A stretch of 64,000 nucleotides of DNA. It comes from an uncultured Acidobacteriota bacterium (GTDB taxonomy: Bacteria; Acidobacteriota; Thermoanaerobaculia; Gp7-AA8). Below the pieces are notes generated by a model. It did no database searches. It worked only from the letters and a program-made list of their open reading frames with translations, and had not been told where the DNA came from. Made by a program: the position numbers and the translations under genes. The number at the start of each line of letters is the position of its first letter. Position 1 is the stretch's first letter. Where the stretch lies: contig CAVUKB010000007.1 of the NCBI GenBank assembly GCA_963741955.1, positions 1,216,001-1,280,000 on the forward strand, read 5' to 3'. Positions 11,220 through 23,720 of this stretch are shown piece after piece.

Positions 11220-11490
11220 GGTACTCCGCCCCCACGAAGCGCCACTAGAACCTACTCGCGCAACCTCCTCAGCGCCGTAGGCGCGATTGACAGTAGCCCA
11301 GGGTGAAGGCGCTCCGCGCCCGAACCCGGGGAGGACGGACGCCACGACAATGACTGTTGTGCCTTGCCGAAATTCCGGCGGGCGCGACGCGTGCCCGCGA
11401 TACCCTGGCCACCGCACTGAAGAAAGTCTGGCACGCGGCATGACCGGCGAGGCGAGTCGCCGAAATGCCCTCATGGCCGAAGATTCCCCA
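11220..11490. repeat. Repeat family A copy 2
   Basis: Near-identical core to 10030-10190. Confidence 0.9.
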
Positions 11491-11571
11491 AAAGTGAATC
11501 GCGGTCGGAGCCACCCCTCCCTCCCTGAATCCGGGGATCACCGTAGGCCCGCCCCCGAGGTAGAATCAGCC

Positions 11572-11829
11572 GTGCCCGTCATCAGCAGGTTTTTCGGAAT
11601 CGTGATCGCGATGAACTATCGCGAACACGGCCCTCCTCACTTCCATGCCTGGTACTCCGGGAGAGAAGTCACGTTCCGGATCGAAGATGGGGTGGTGACC
11701 GGTGAAATGTCGGGACGGGCCCTGATGCTTATCAGAGAGTGGTGGCAGATGCACCGCGACGAGCTCGAGGATAACTGGGATCGCGCGCAGCAACGCATTC
11801 CGCTGCGCCCGATCGATCCGCTGGAGTAG
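11572..11829 (+). CDS. DUF4160-family protein (putative toxin of a DUF4160/DUF2442 pair)
   Basis: MPVISRFFGIVIAMNYREHGPPHFHAWY...IDPLE; GTG 11572. Confidence 0.9.
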   Translation: MPVISRFFGIVIAMNYREHGPPHFHAWYSGREVTFRIEDGVVTGEMSGRALMLIREWWQMHRDELEDNWDRAQQRIPLRPIDPLE

Positions 11830-11831
11830 CC

Positions 11832-12074
11832 ATGCACTACACGGTGACTGACGCGAATTACGTGAAGGATTACGTGATCCATCTGCGTTTTGCCGATGGC
11901 AGCGAGGGAGACGTCGACCTGTCGGCCGAGCTCTGGGGCGAGGTTTTCGAGCCGCTGAAGGATCCGGCGTTGTTTCGGTCATTTACGGTCGCCGAGTACG
12001 GCACCATCGCGTGGCCGAACGGCGCAGATTTCGCTCCGGAATTTCTCTACGCGCGGGTTCACGTTCCCGCCTGA
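11832..12074 (+). CDS. DUF2442-family protein (putative antitoxin)
   Basis: LRFADG, GEVFEPLKD, GTIAWPNGADFAPEFLY motifs. Confidence 0.9.
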   Translation: MHYTVTDANYVKDYVIHLRFADGSEGDVDLSAELWGEVFEPLKDPALFRSFTVAEYGTIAWPNGADFAPEFLYARVHVPA

Positions 12075-12099
12075 GCCCCTCGCGGGAATCGCGATTCGC

Positions 12100-12668
12100 G
12101 GGAGGTTTCAAGCACCACCCATCCCACCCGCCCCGCACGCCCATGCCGCACCGCTCATCCCGAACATCCGTGCTCCAAAACTTTGGTACCCCGTTCCCAC
12201 GAAGCGCCACTCGAACCCACTCGCGCAAACTCCCTGAGCGCCGTACGCGCGATTGACAGTAGCCCAGGGTGAAGGCGCTGCGCGCCGAAACCCTGGGAGG
12301 ACGGACGCCACGACAATGACAGTTGTGCCTTGCCGAATATCCGGCGGGCGCGACGGGTGCCCGCGATACCGGAGCCATCACGTCGAACGATGTTCTGCAC
12401 GCGGCGTGACCGCCGAGGGCACGCGCCGGAATCGAGGCCCCTCGTGGCCGAAGATTCAAGAACTCCCGCCCGCCCTTCAATCGCCGCCCGGACAGGTTGC
12501 GCCGCTCATCCCGAACATCCGTGCTCCAAAACTTTGGTACCCCGTTCCCCCGAAGCACCACTCACCACCACTCGCGCAACCTCCCGAGCGCCGTAGGCGC
12601 GATCGAAAGTCGCTCAGGGTGAAGGCGCTTCGCGCCGAAACCCTGGGAGGACGGACGCCACGACAACT
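12100..12668. repeat. Repeat family A copies 3 and 4 (tandem; copy 4 ends at the XRE stop)
   Basis: CCGAACATCCGTGCTCCAAAACTTTGGTACCCCGTTCCC and the core are repeated about 350 bp apart. Confidence 0.9.
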
Positions 12669-13254
12669 ACGGCGTCGTCACCACCATCGCGCCGCAGCGG
12701 TTCCGCCCTTTCCTTCGATACGAATGCGGGACCGACGCATCGAAGTAGATCGAGTCGCCTTCGTCCAGCTCGTGTTCCGCCCGGCCGATCGTGATTGCGA
12801 GGCGGCCGTTCAGGACGTGCAGAAACTCCACGCCGGCATGGACGTGCGGCACCGCGTCCTCCGCCGCCACCGGCTGGAACTCCGCGTAGTACGCGTTGAG
12901 CTTTCTCTCGTTTGCCGTGAAGTCGAGGCTCTCGAAAAAATACGACACCGCGCCGCCGTCCGGCTGATCCGGAAACCGCTGGCGCTCGCCCCGGCGCACG
13001 ATCGACACGACCTGCCGCTTCGACTCGTCCCGGAAGAAGTAGTCGAGCCCGACCCCGAAGACCATCGCGATCCGGAGCAGCGTCGGCAGCGGCGGATAGA
13101 TGTTGGACCGCTCGATCTTCGACAGGAGCGCCGCGGAGAGCCCGGTGTGTCGTCCCAGTTCCACCAGCGCCATCTTCTTTCTCAGCCGGAGAGCCCGAAC
13201 CTTCTCTCCGATCTCGTAGTCCCTCAGCCCCTCTTCGAGCGTGCTCGACAGCAT
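12667..13254 (-). CDS. XRE-family HTH + cupin transcriptional regulator
   Basis: IGEKVRALR...LSKIER HTH; HVHAGVEFLHVL...GDSIYFDASVPHSY cupin; SD-like sequence before ATG 13254. Confidence 0.92.
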   Translation of the reverse strand: MLSSTLEEGLRDYEIGEKVRALRLRKKMALVELGRHTGLSAALLSKIERSNIYPPLPTLLRIAMVFGVGLDYFFRDESKRQVVSIVRRGERQRFPDQPDGGAVSYFFESLDFTANERKLNAYYAEFQPVAAEDAVPHVHAGVEFLHVLNGRLAITIGRAEHELDEGDSIYFDASVPHSYRRKGRNRCGAMVVTTP

Positions 13255-13413
13255 CCTTTTCCTCCCCATCGCAGATCGTTTTCACCACGCGACTCAGACC
13301 CGGGCGCGATTCTCACCTCAGGAAAACGACTTCGCTGCGTCTACTGACATTCAAAGCAATTCTCACTATCTTCAACTCACCGTCGCAAGTCAAGACGGGA
13401 AAGGAGAAGGAAG

Positions 13414-13896
13414 ATGAAACGAATCGCAATGACCTCACTCGCAGTGCTGCTCGTCACGGGGACACTTTTCGCGGGCGGGGCCCCGAAGAAAGACATCGTC
13501 GATACGGCGGTCGCGGCGGGCTCGTTCTCGACACTCGCAACCGCGCTGCAGGCGGCCGGCCTGGTCGACACTCTCAAGGGACCCGGCCCGTTCACCGTCT
13601 TCGCGCCGACCGACGCGGCGTTCGCGAAACTCCCGGCGGGGACTCTCGAGACCCTCCTCCAGCCGCAGAACAAGGCGAAGCTCCGGGCCATCCTCACCTA
13701 CCACGTCGTCGCCGGATCCGTCCCGTCGTCGGAAGTCGTCAAACTGAAGCACGCCAAAACGCTCAACGGGGAGTCGGTCTCGATCGAGGCCACCAAGGCC
13801 GGCGTCACCATCGACGGTGCGAACGTCGTCAAGGCCGACATCCAGGCGAGCAACGGAGTCATTCACGTCATCGATTCGGTGATCCTGCCGAAGTAA
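13414..13896 (+). CDS. Secreted fasciclin (FAS1) domain protein
   Basis: Signal peptide; [33 protein letters not shown]. Confidence 0.95.
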   Translation: MKRIAMTSLAVLLVTGTLFAGGAPKKDIVDTAVAAGSFSTLATALQAAGLVDTLKGPGPFTVFAPTDAAFAKLPAGTLETLLQPQNKAKLRAILTYHVVAGSVPSSEVVKLKHAKTLNGESVSIEATKAGVTIDGANVVKADIQASNGVIHVIDSVILPK

Positions 13897-13928
13897 CCCG
13901 GCGGACCCATAATTGAAAGGAGATCAAC

Positions 13929-14144
13929 ATGAGAAGCATTGATGTCGTCGCTGCCGTTCTTCTGGTCGTCGGAGGTCTGAACTGGGGTCTCGTCGGCGCC
14001 GCGGATTTCAACCTCGTCGCCGCACTCGTCGGAGCGGGCACTCCGCTCGCACGAATCGTCTACGCGCTGGTCGGTCTTTCGGCGCTGTACCAGATCGCTT
14101 CGATCCGTCTGATTCAGCGCCGCTGGGGCGTCGCAACGCGCTGA
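13929..14144 (+). CDS. DUF378 small membrane protein
   Basis: LLVVGGLNWGLVG...RIVYALVGLSALY. Confidence 0.9.
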   Translation: MRSIDVVAAVLLVVGGLNWGLVGAADFNLVAALVGAGTPLARIVYALVGLSALYQIASIRLIQRRWGVATR

Positions 14145-14147
14145 TCG

Positions 14148-15569
14148 ATGCGAATCCTCGTCACAGGTGCGACCGGCTACATCGGCGGACGGCTGATTCC
14201 GCGACTGCTCGCCGCGGGTCACGCCGTACGGGTCATGGTGCGCGACGCATCGCGCATCGCCGGCCGCCCCTGGTTGCCGGATGTCGAAGTCGCGGTCGGG
14301 GATGTCCTCGACCGCGACTCGCTCGTCCGGGCGCTCGAAGGCGCCGACCAGGCGTTCTATCTCATTCACTCGATGATGGCCGCCGGCTTCGAGACGCTCG
14401 ACCGCAGCGGCGCGGAGAACTTCGGCTCCGCCGCTCCCTCCACTCTCCGCAAAGTCATCTACCTCGGCGGACTCCTTCCGAAAGGCGAACAGCGCTCGAA
14501 ACACCTTCGCAGCCGCGCCGAAGTCGGATCGACGCTCGCGCGCTCGCTTCCGGTGCTCGAGTTCCGCGCCGGTCCGATCATCGGCTCCGGCTCTGCGTCG
14601 TTCGAGATGGTGCGGTATCTCACCGAGCGACTCCCCGCGATGGTCGCGCCACGGTGGATCGACAACCAGGTGCAGCCGATCGCGATCGACGACGTCCTGC
14701 GATATCTCGTCGCCGCCGTGGACCGCGACGAGACCGGCGTGGTGGAGATCGGCGCCGATCGCCTCACCTTCCGGCAGATGATGCAGGGCTACGCGAGCAT
14801 CCGCGGACTGCGGCGCATCATCGTTCCCGTCCCTGTGCTCGCGCCGCGCGTGGCCGGATTGTGGGTCGGGCTCGTGACTCCGATTCCGAACAGCCTCGCC
14901 GTTCCCCTGATGGAAGGGATCGTCGAGCCGGTGCTCGCCGACACCTCACGCGCGCGCGCCATGATGCCCGCCATCGATCCGATGACGTATCGCGAGGCGG
15001 TGTCGGCGGCGCTGGAAGAAGCCGAGGACGCAGAGACGCGATGGAGCGGCGCGCTGCATGCGACGAATGTGGTCGAGCTCACCGATCGCGAAGGTGCGAT
15101 CCGCGAGGTCCGAAGCATCGAAGTCGGCGCGCCGCCCTCGCGCGTGTTCGACTCCTTCACGTCGCTCGGAGGCGCCCGGGGCTGGCTGGCGTGGAATGGA
15201 GCGTGGTGGCTGCGCGGTGCGCTCGACCGTCTCGTCGGGGGGCCGGGCCTGCGCCGCGGACGCCGGCATCCGCAGCATCTCCTGCCGGGCGAAGCTCTCG
15301 ATTTCTGGCGCGTCGACTCGATCGAGCACGACAGGCTCCTGCGGCTGCGCGCCGAGATGAAGGTTCCCGGCGACGCCTCCCTGCAGTGGGAGGTCGCGGC
15401 AGAAGGATCGGGGTCACGTCTCGTACAGACCGCGATGTTCGTCCCGCGCGGCCTCGCCGGCGTGCTCTACTGGTATCTCCTCTACCCGCTGCACGCGCGG
15501 ATCTTCAGTGATCTCGCCAGCGCGATCGCTCGAGATGCGGAAACGCGGGAGCACGAGAGCACATCGTGA
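14148..15569 (+). CDS. Atypical SDR/NAD(P)-binding protein with DUF2867 (YbjT-like)
   Basis: ILVTGATGYIGG, GSGSASFEM, LDFWRV...LRAEMKVPG, GVLYWY. Confidence 0.9.
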   Translation: MRILVTGATGYIGGRLIPRLLAAGHAVRVMVRDASRIAGRPWLPDVEVAVGDVLDRDSLVRALEGADQAFYLIHSMMAAGFETLDRSGAENFGSAAPSTLRKVIYLGGLLPKGEQRSKHLRSRAEVGSTLARSLPVLEFRAGPIIGSGSASFEMVRYLTERLPAMVAPRWIDNQVQPIAIDDVLRYLVAAVDRDETGVVEIGADRLTFRQMMQGYASIRGLRRIIVPVPVLAPRVAGLWVGLVTPIPNSLAVPLMEGIVEPVLADTSRARAMMPAIDPMTYREAVSAALEEAEDAETRWSGALHATNVVELTDREGAIREVRSIEVGAPPSRVFDSFTSLGGARGWLAWNGAWWLRGALDRLVGGPGLRRGRRHPQHLLPGEALDFWRVDSIEHDRLLRLRAEMKVPGDASLQWEVAAEGSGSRLVQTAMFVPRGLAGVLYWYLLYPLHARIFSDLASAIARDAETREHESTS

Positions 15570-15773
15570 GCGGGCCGGCGCAATCCGCAGGCCTGCAAGA
15601 CGATCCAGGGCTCGAGATTCACTGAAGCGGAAGGAACGTCCCCACTTCGCATACGAAGTTCCCGGCAGTGCTTCCAGTCGTGAAAGAATGACGGGAGCGC
15701 CCGGTCACTCGACCGTGGCAGATCCGATCGCACCCGCTCCCGGAGAGCAGACCGGATCGAGAAGGAGAGAGTC

Positions 15774-16169
15774 ATGAAGGGTTTTGTGGACGACATCGAA
15801 CATCTGACTGAATCGAACGACGACTTCCGTCGCGTGCTCTACACCGGAAAGAACCTGCAGCTCGTGCTGATGTCGCTGAAACCGGGCGAGGAGATCGGCG
15901 AAGAAGTGCACCACGACCGGGATCAGTTCTTTCGATTCGAAGCGGGAGAAGGTGAAGTGCTCATCGACGGCAACCGCAGCGCCGTCCATGCGGACATGGC
16001 GGTGATCGTACCGGCCGGCGCCCGCCACAACGTCACGAACACCGGCGGCGGGCCGCTCAAGGTGTACACGATCTACGGCCCGCCGGAGCACAAGAACGGC
16101 ACCGTACACCGGACCAAAGCCGACGCCGACAGCCACGAGGAGCACTTCGACGGAAAGACATCCGAGTAG
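15774..16169 (+). CDS. Cupin-domain protein
   Basis: FRRVLYTG, QLVLMSL, GEEVH..DQFF, VPAGARHN, YTIYGPPEH. Confidence 0.9.
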   Translation: MKGFVDDIEHLTESNDDFRRVLYTGKNLQLVLMSLKPGEEIGEEVHHDRDQFFRFEAGEGEVLIDGNRSAVHADMAVIVPAGARHNVTNTGGGPLKVYTIYGPPEHKNGTVHRTKADADSHEEHFDGKTSE

Positions 16170-16189
16170 GTGCGACAGGCGCTCGGGGG

Positions 16190-17159
16190 CCGAAGTGTCA
16201 AGGACCGCTGCTGGTCTTCATGCGCCACACGGAGCCGTCGCCTTACTCGCCCGGACGGTTGGCGCTCTAAAGTTTTGGCGCCTCGTCCCGACGAAGTATC
16301 ACCATACCCACTCGCGCGGGCTTCACCCTCTCCCCGTCCGGGGTCATGTCTTCAGTCGAGGCACGACTTTCGGGGAGAGGGAAGGGTGAGGGGCAACCCT
16401 GAGAGTTGAATTCGAGGCCGCAGCCGGATATCACTCCTGTTCGCACACGCGCCGAGGAGTGCGGATCCAGCCCTGCAGTCCGCCGCGCAAATCATGTTGT
16501 CCGCGATGAAGAGGAAGGTTGTGGCTTCCGCGAAGCGTCGGTAATCCTCGCGCTCAGCTCCGCTTCTGCCGCATGGCGAGGGGCGCCCCTCGGGGCCCGA
16601 GGTTCGGGGCGCGGGGCTCGAGCTAGGAGCCTCGAAGCTCGGAGAATGACGAGATCCGGATCGGAAGATTTCAATCCCTGGAACGGCACGCGGCACGTGC
16701 GCACCCTCTCCCCGTCCGCACCCACACAACTTCAGCCGAGATCCGCCCTTCGGGGAGAGGGAAGGGTGAGGGGCAACCCCGAGAGTTGAATTCGAGGCCT
16801 TAGCCACTCGCCTCGTCTACGCGTGAATCATGTTATCCGCGATGAAGAGGGAAATTGCGGCTCCCGTGAAGCGTCGGTAATCCTCGCGCCCAGCCGCTTC
16901 TGCCGCATGGCGAGGGGCGGCACGGCTTCCGCCGTGCCGGCCGCGGCGCCCCTCGGGGGCCGAGGTTCGGGGCGCGAGGCTTGGGATTCGGGATTCGGAG
17001 AATGACGAGATCCGGATTGGGAGTCTTCAATCCCTGGAACGGCACGCGGCACGTGCGCACCCTCTCCCCGTCCGCACCCACACAACTTCAGCCGAGATCC
17101 GCCCTTCGGGGAGAGGGAAGGGTGAGGGGCAACCCCGAAAGTTGAATTCGAGGCCTTAG
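16190..17159. repeat. Degenerate family A segment fused to tandem family B units (~360 bp)
   Basis: CCCTCTCCCCGTCCGCACCCACACAACTTCAGCCGAGA..CCCTTCGGGGAGAGGGAAGGGTGAGGGGCAACCC repeated. Confidence 0.88.
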
Positions 17160-18876
17160 CCCGCATTTCTCACAAGACTCTTTTGGGGGAGTTCAACCGG
17201 AGCTGAAGGGGGCGTTCAGCGTAGATTTTGCCGGAATGGGGAGAGTTGGAGTCGAACAAGGCTGAAGTTATTTGACTGGGCGCTGGTTCCGGAGGGCGGC
17301 GGAGGTTCGGGCAGTATCGTGCAGCCAACGCTCAGACACACGTTTCCTCTGGTTCAGAGTTGAACAGACGTGGTTGCGGGAAGATGAGTTGAGGAACGAT
17401 CCGCCTTCAGGGAGAGGCAAGAGCTAAGTTGCTGCAGACCAGCGCGAACAGCTTCGTCATCGGATACCCACTCGAGAGTGAGATCCATATCTTGCGCGTG
17501 GTCACGCGGATCCGTGCTCCGATCTTGAACAGCTTCAGCCGAATTGTGTTGCACTGAGCGGTGGCCAGCTCGGTTCCTTTCAGTCCCAGCCGCCGCAACG
17601 CATTCATCAGCAGATAGGCCGCCGAAGAAAACCAGAGCCGCAACTGATTTGCTCTCATCGTTGCCGCCGAGGTCCGATCCGAAAACAGAAAACATTTCTG
17701 TTCCTTGATTCGGTTCTCCATCTCTCCGCGCTCACAGTAGAGCTCTTCGTACAGCGGCTTCACCGCCATCGCCTCCACCGGGAGCGACGTTACGACGAAC
17801 CTGCCGTTGGCTTTGTCCACCAGGTACTCGGCTTTCGCCACCACACGACGGGACCGGCTCCAGCTCTTGCGAGTCCGGTAGTTCAGATCCTTGTAGGTGC
17901 GGCACGCCTCGGAGAGATGTTGCGACTCGGCTCGTACCAGAGCCATCTCCGCCTCGATCATCGCCTCGAGGCGCCGGTTCTTGGGCAGACCGATCGCGTA
18001 ATCGATCCCTTCGGACTCGCACCAGCTCAGGATCTCGTCGCAGCAGAATCCCGAATCAGCACGAATCACGATCTTCACATCCGGCCAGCTCTCACGGATC
18101 TGCCCAATGATCCGCCTGAGTTCCTCGACCGTTCCCTCGGCAGGTCCGACGCTCGCCTCTCGCAGACGTGCGCAGAGCAGATCCTGTCCACAGAACACGT
18201 AGAGTGGCAGATAGCAGTACGACCCGTAGTGGCCGTGGAAAAATCGCCCCTCCTGATTCCCATGGATTCTGTCCTCGGTCGTGTCCAGATCAATCACGAT
18301 CTGATCCGGAGGAGTCGACCTGGATTTTAAGAACACGTCGACGAAGAATTTATCAATCGCGTTTCCGTCATAGACGATCCGCTTGTATCGATCCTCCCCG
18401 TGACCATCCGGGGTCAACTCCAACCGGTTCAGCGTACTCTTGCCCGCCAGCGGCTGCCTGGGATCCGATTTGCCCGATAAGGTCCCGATCAGCGGATCCT
18501 CACGCAGAGAATCGTGATCGTTCAGATCTTCATATCCGAGAGCCAATCCCATCACCCGCTGCCGGATCATCGACTCGAGCGAGTGCTGAACCAAAGTGCG
18601 TTTTCGGTAATCCCGAAAGCATCCGACGAACCTTTCCAGAATCCTCGTCCGCCTTTCCGTCTCGAGCAGCAGGAGCCCTCCCCCGTCCGAAGTGAGCTGT
18701 CCACCGTCGAACCTGGCGACGATCTCACGCCCTCCCACCCCTTGGAATCGCAACTCGTTCCCGCTACACTCTGTCTGCTTCATACCGCCGCCTCCCGTGC
18801 TGTTGATGTTGTTGTGCACACTCAACTTAATAGCACGGAACGGCGGTCTTTTTCTCCCTACTGTGAGAAATCCGGG
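17160..18876 (-). mobile_element. IS1380-family insertion sequence
   Basis: Terminal IRs CCCGCATTTCTCACA / TGTGAGAAATCCGGG (1 mismatch); TTAG TSD at 17156-17159 and 18877-18880; empty site seen in the sister repeat at ~16795. Confidence 0.93.
17407..18783 (-). CDS. IS1380-family DDE transposase
   Basis: FDGGQLTSDGG, GYEDLNDH, HGNQEGRFFHGHY, RADSGF, RGEMENRIKEQ, ANQLRLWF. Confidence 0.95.
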   Translation of the reverse strand: MKQTECSGNELRFQGVGGREIVARFDGGQLTSDGGGLLLLETERRTRILERFVGCFRDYRKRTLVQHSLESMIRQRVMGLALGYEDLNDHDSLREDPLIGTLSGKSDPRQPLAGKSTLNRLELTPDGHGEDRYKRIVYDGNAIDKFFVDVFLKSRSTPPDQIVIDLDTTEDRIHGNQEGRFFHGHYGSYCYLPLYVFCGQDLLCARLREASVGPAEGTVEELRRIIGQIRESWPDVKIVIRADSGFCCDEILSWCESEGIDYAIGLPKNRRLEAMIEAEMALVRAESQHLSEACRTYKDLNYRTRKSWSRSRRVVAKAEYLVDKANGRFVVTSLPVEAMAVKPLYEELYCERGEMENRIKEQKCFLFSDRTSAATMRANQLRLWFSSAAYLLMNALRRLGLKGTELATAQCNTIRLKLFKIGARIRVTTRKIWISLSSGYPMTKLFALVCSNLALASP

Positions 18877-19340
18877 TTAGCCACTCGCCTCGTCTACGCG
18901 TGAATCATGTTATCCGCGATGAAGAGGAAAGTTGTGGCTTCCGCGAAGCGTCGGTAATCCTCGCGCTCAGCTCCGCTTCTGCCGCATGGCGAGGGGCGGC
19001 ACGGCTTCCGCCGTGCCGGCCGCGGCGGCAGCCGCGGCGCCCCTCGGGGGCCGAGGTTCGGGGCGCGGGGCTCGAGCTAGGAGCCTCGAAGCTCGGAGAA
19101 TGACGAGATCCGGATCGGAAGATTTCAATCCCTGGAACGGCACGCGGCACGTGCGCACCCTCTCCCCGTCCGCACCCACACAACTTCAGCCGAGAGCCGC
19201 CCTTCGGGGAGAGGGAAGGGTGAGGGGCAACCCCGAAAGTTGAATTCGAGGCCGCAGCCGGATATCACTCCTGTTCACGCACGCGCCGAGGAGTGCGGAT
19301 CCCGCCCCCGCGGGATCCGTCGCGTGAATCATGTTGTCCG
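18877..19340. repeat. Continuation of the family B tandem units after the IS
   Basis: Matches 16800-17155 and 16410-16500. Confidence 0.88.
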
Positions 19341-19505
19341 CCCTCGGCCTGACATCGGAGAACGAAGAGGGTTCACCATTCGCCGGGCTCGTCGGAGGGG
19401 AGGCCGGCGCCGCGCCACCTCGACGAGCGAGCGGGCCTCCGCAGCGGTCGAAGACCTGACCCCGCTCGTCCCCGGCGCCGTCCTCGCGCTATACTGGCGG
19501 CTTCC

Positions 19506-21928
<2,423 letters not shown>

Positions 21929-21959
21929 CATCGCGGCATCTCGCGCAGAGCCCCTCCCA

Positions 21960-23376
21960 GTGGGTCGTGCGTCGCGCACGAGGCTCCCCGGCATCATGCC
22001 GGGGAGCGATGGCGTGGATGAGACGCGAGTCGCTCTTCTTGCGTTGCAGTGAGTGTCGGGTCGCGGTCTTCGGGAGGATCGCGGGTTTCGTCGCGGAACA
22101 GGGCGGCGCGGGACGCCGCCCTGCATCGGACGAGACGTCCAACCCACAGCCGCCCTGCATCGGACGAGACGTCCAACCCACTACAGTGGGTCGTGCGTCC
22201 CGCACGAGGCTCCCCGGCATCATGCCGGGGAGCGATGGCGTGGATGAGACGCGAATCGTACTTCTCGCGCTGCAGTGAGTTCGGGTGTCGGTCTTCGGGG
22301 AGATCGCGGGTTTCGTCGCGGAACAGTGCGGCGCGGGACGCCGCCCTGCATCGGACGAGACGTCCAACCCACAGCCGCCCTGCATCGGACGGGACGTCCA
22401 ACCCACTACAGTGGGTCGTGCGTCCCGCACGAGGCTCCTCGGCATCATGCCGGGGAGCGATGGCGTGGATGAAACGCGAGTCGCTCTTCTCGCGCTGCAG
22501 TGAGTTCGGGTCTCGGTCTTCGGGGAGATCGCGGGTTTCGTCGCGGAACAGGGCGGCGCGGGACGCCGCCCTGCATCGGACGGGACGTCCAACCCACAGC
22601 CGCCCTGCATCGGACGGGACGTCCAACCCACTACAGTGGGTCGTGCGTCCCGCACGAGGCTCCCCGGCATCATGCCGGGGAGCGATGGCGTGGATGAGAC
22701 GCGAGTCGCTCTTCTCGCGTTGCAGTGAGTTCGGGTGTCGGTCTTGGGGGAGATCGCAGGTTTCGTCGCGGAACAGGGCGGCGCGGGACGCCGCCCTGCA
22801 TCGGACGAGACGTCCAACCCACAGACGCCCTGCATCGGACGAGACGTCCAACCCACTACAGTGGGTCGTGCGTCCCGCACGAGGCTCCCCGGCATCATGC
22901 CGGGGAGCGATGGCGTGGATCAGACGCGAGTCGCTCTTCTCGCGTTGCAGTGAGTTTCGGGTCGCGGTCTTCGGGGAGATCGCGGGTTTCGTCGCGGAAC
23001 AGGGCGGCGCGGGACGCCGCCCTGCATCGGACGAGACGTCCAACCCACAGACGCCCTGCATCGGACGAGACGTCCAACCCACTACAGTGGGTCGTGCGTC
23101 CCGCACGAGGCTCCCCGGCATCATGCCGGGGAGCGATGGCGTGGATGAAACGCGAGTCGCTCTTCTCGCGCTGCAGTGAGTTCGGGTGTCGGTCTTGGGG
23201 AGGATCGCGGGTTTCGTCGCGGAACAGGGCGGCGCGGGACGCCGCCCTGCATCGGACGAGACGTCCAACCCACAGCCGCCCTGCATCGGACGAGACGTCC
23301 AACCCACAGCCGCCCTGCATCGGACGAGACGTCCAACCCACAGCCGCCCTGCATCGGACGGGACGTCCAACCCACA
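21960..23376. repeat. Family C tandem array: 6 x ~225-bp REPIN-like units with internal 34-bp subrepeats
   Basis: Units start at 21960, 22186, 22411, 22636, 22861 and 23087; the last ends in extra 34-bp CAGCCGCCCTGCATCGGACGAGACGTCCAACCCA copies. Confidence 0.95.
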
Positions 23377-23720
23377 GAGAGTGTCCGGGCGGTCACGCCG
23401 CGTGCAGAACGTTCGTTCATGTGAAGGCCCGGGCTGCGCGGGCACGCGTCGCGCCCGCCTCGATCCTCGAGGAAGGGAAAGAAGCTTGTGTTTGCCGGCG
23501 CAGTGAGCGGGCGAGTGTTGCTCCGGTACGAATATTGCTTGAGCTCGTGCGAAAGGGTTCGAGCCAATGCGCGTCAGGAGACAGAAAGACGCACCTGCGA
23601 GAATCTCGACGCCTCTTCGTTCGTCCAATCCGACGCCCCAATCTGAAGGCGGTCGTCCCGCCTGAAACGTCTTCATCTTCGTGGAAGTCCTTTCCGAACG
23701 GATGCTGGGAGTGAACAGCC

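Noticed and set aside
9886-12668. Classical integron attC sites
   Set aside because: No consistent RYYYAAC/GTTRRRY boxes at cassette ends, the cassettes face opposite ways, and there is no IntI in the window.
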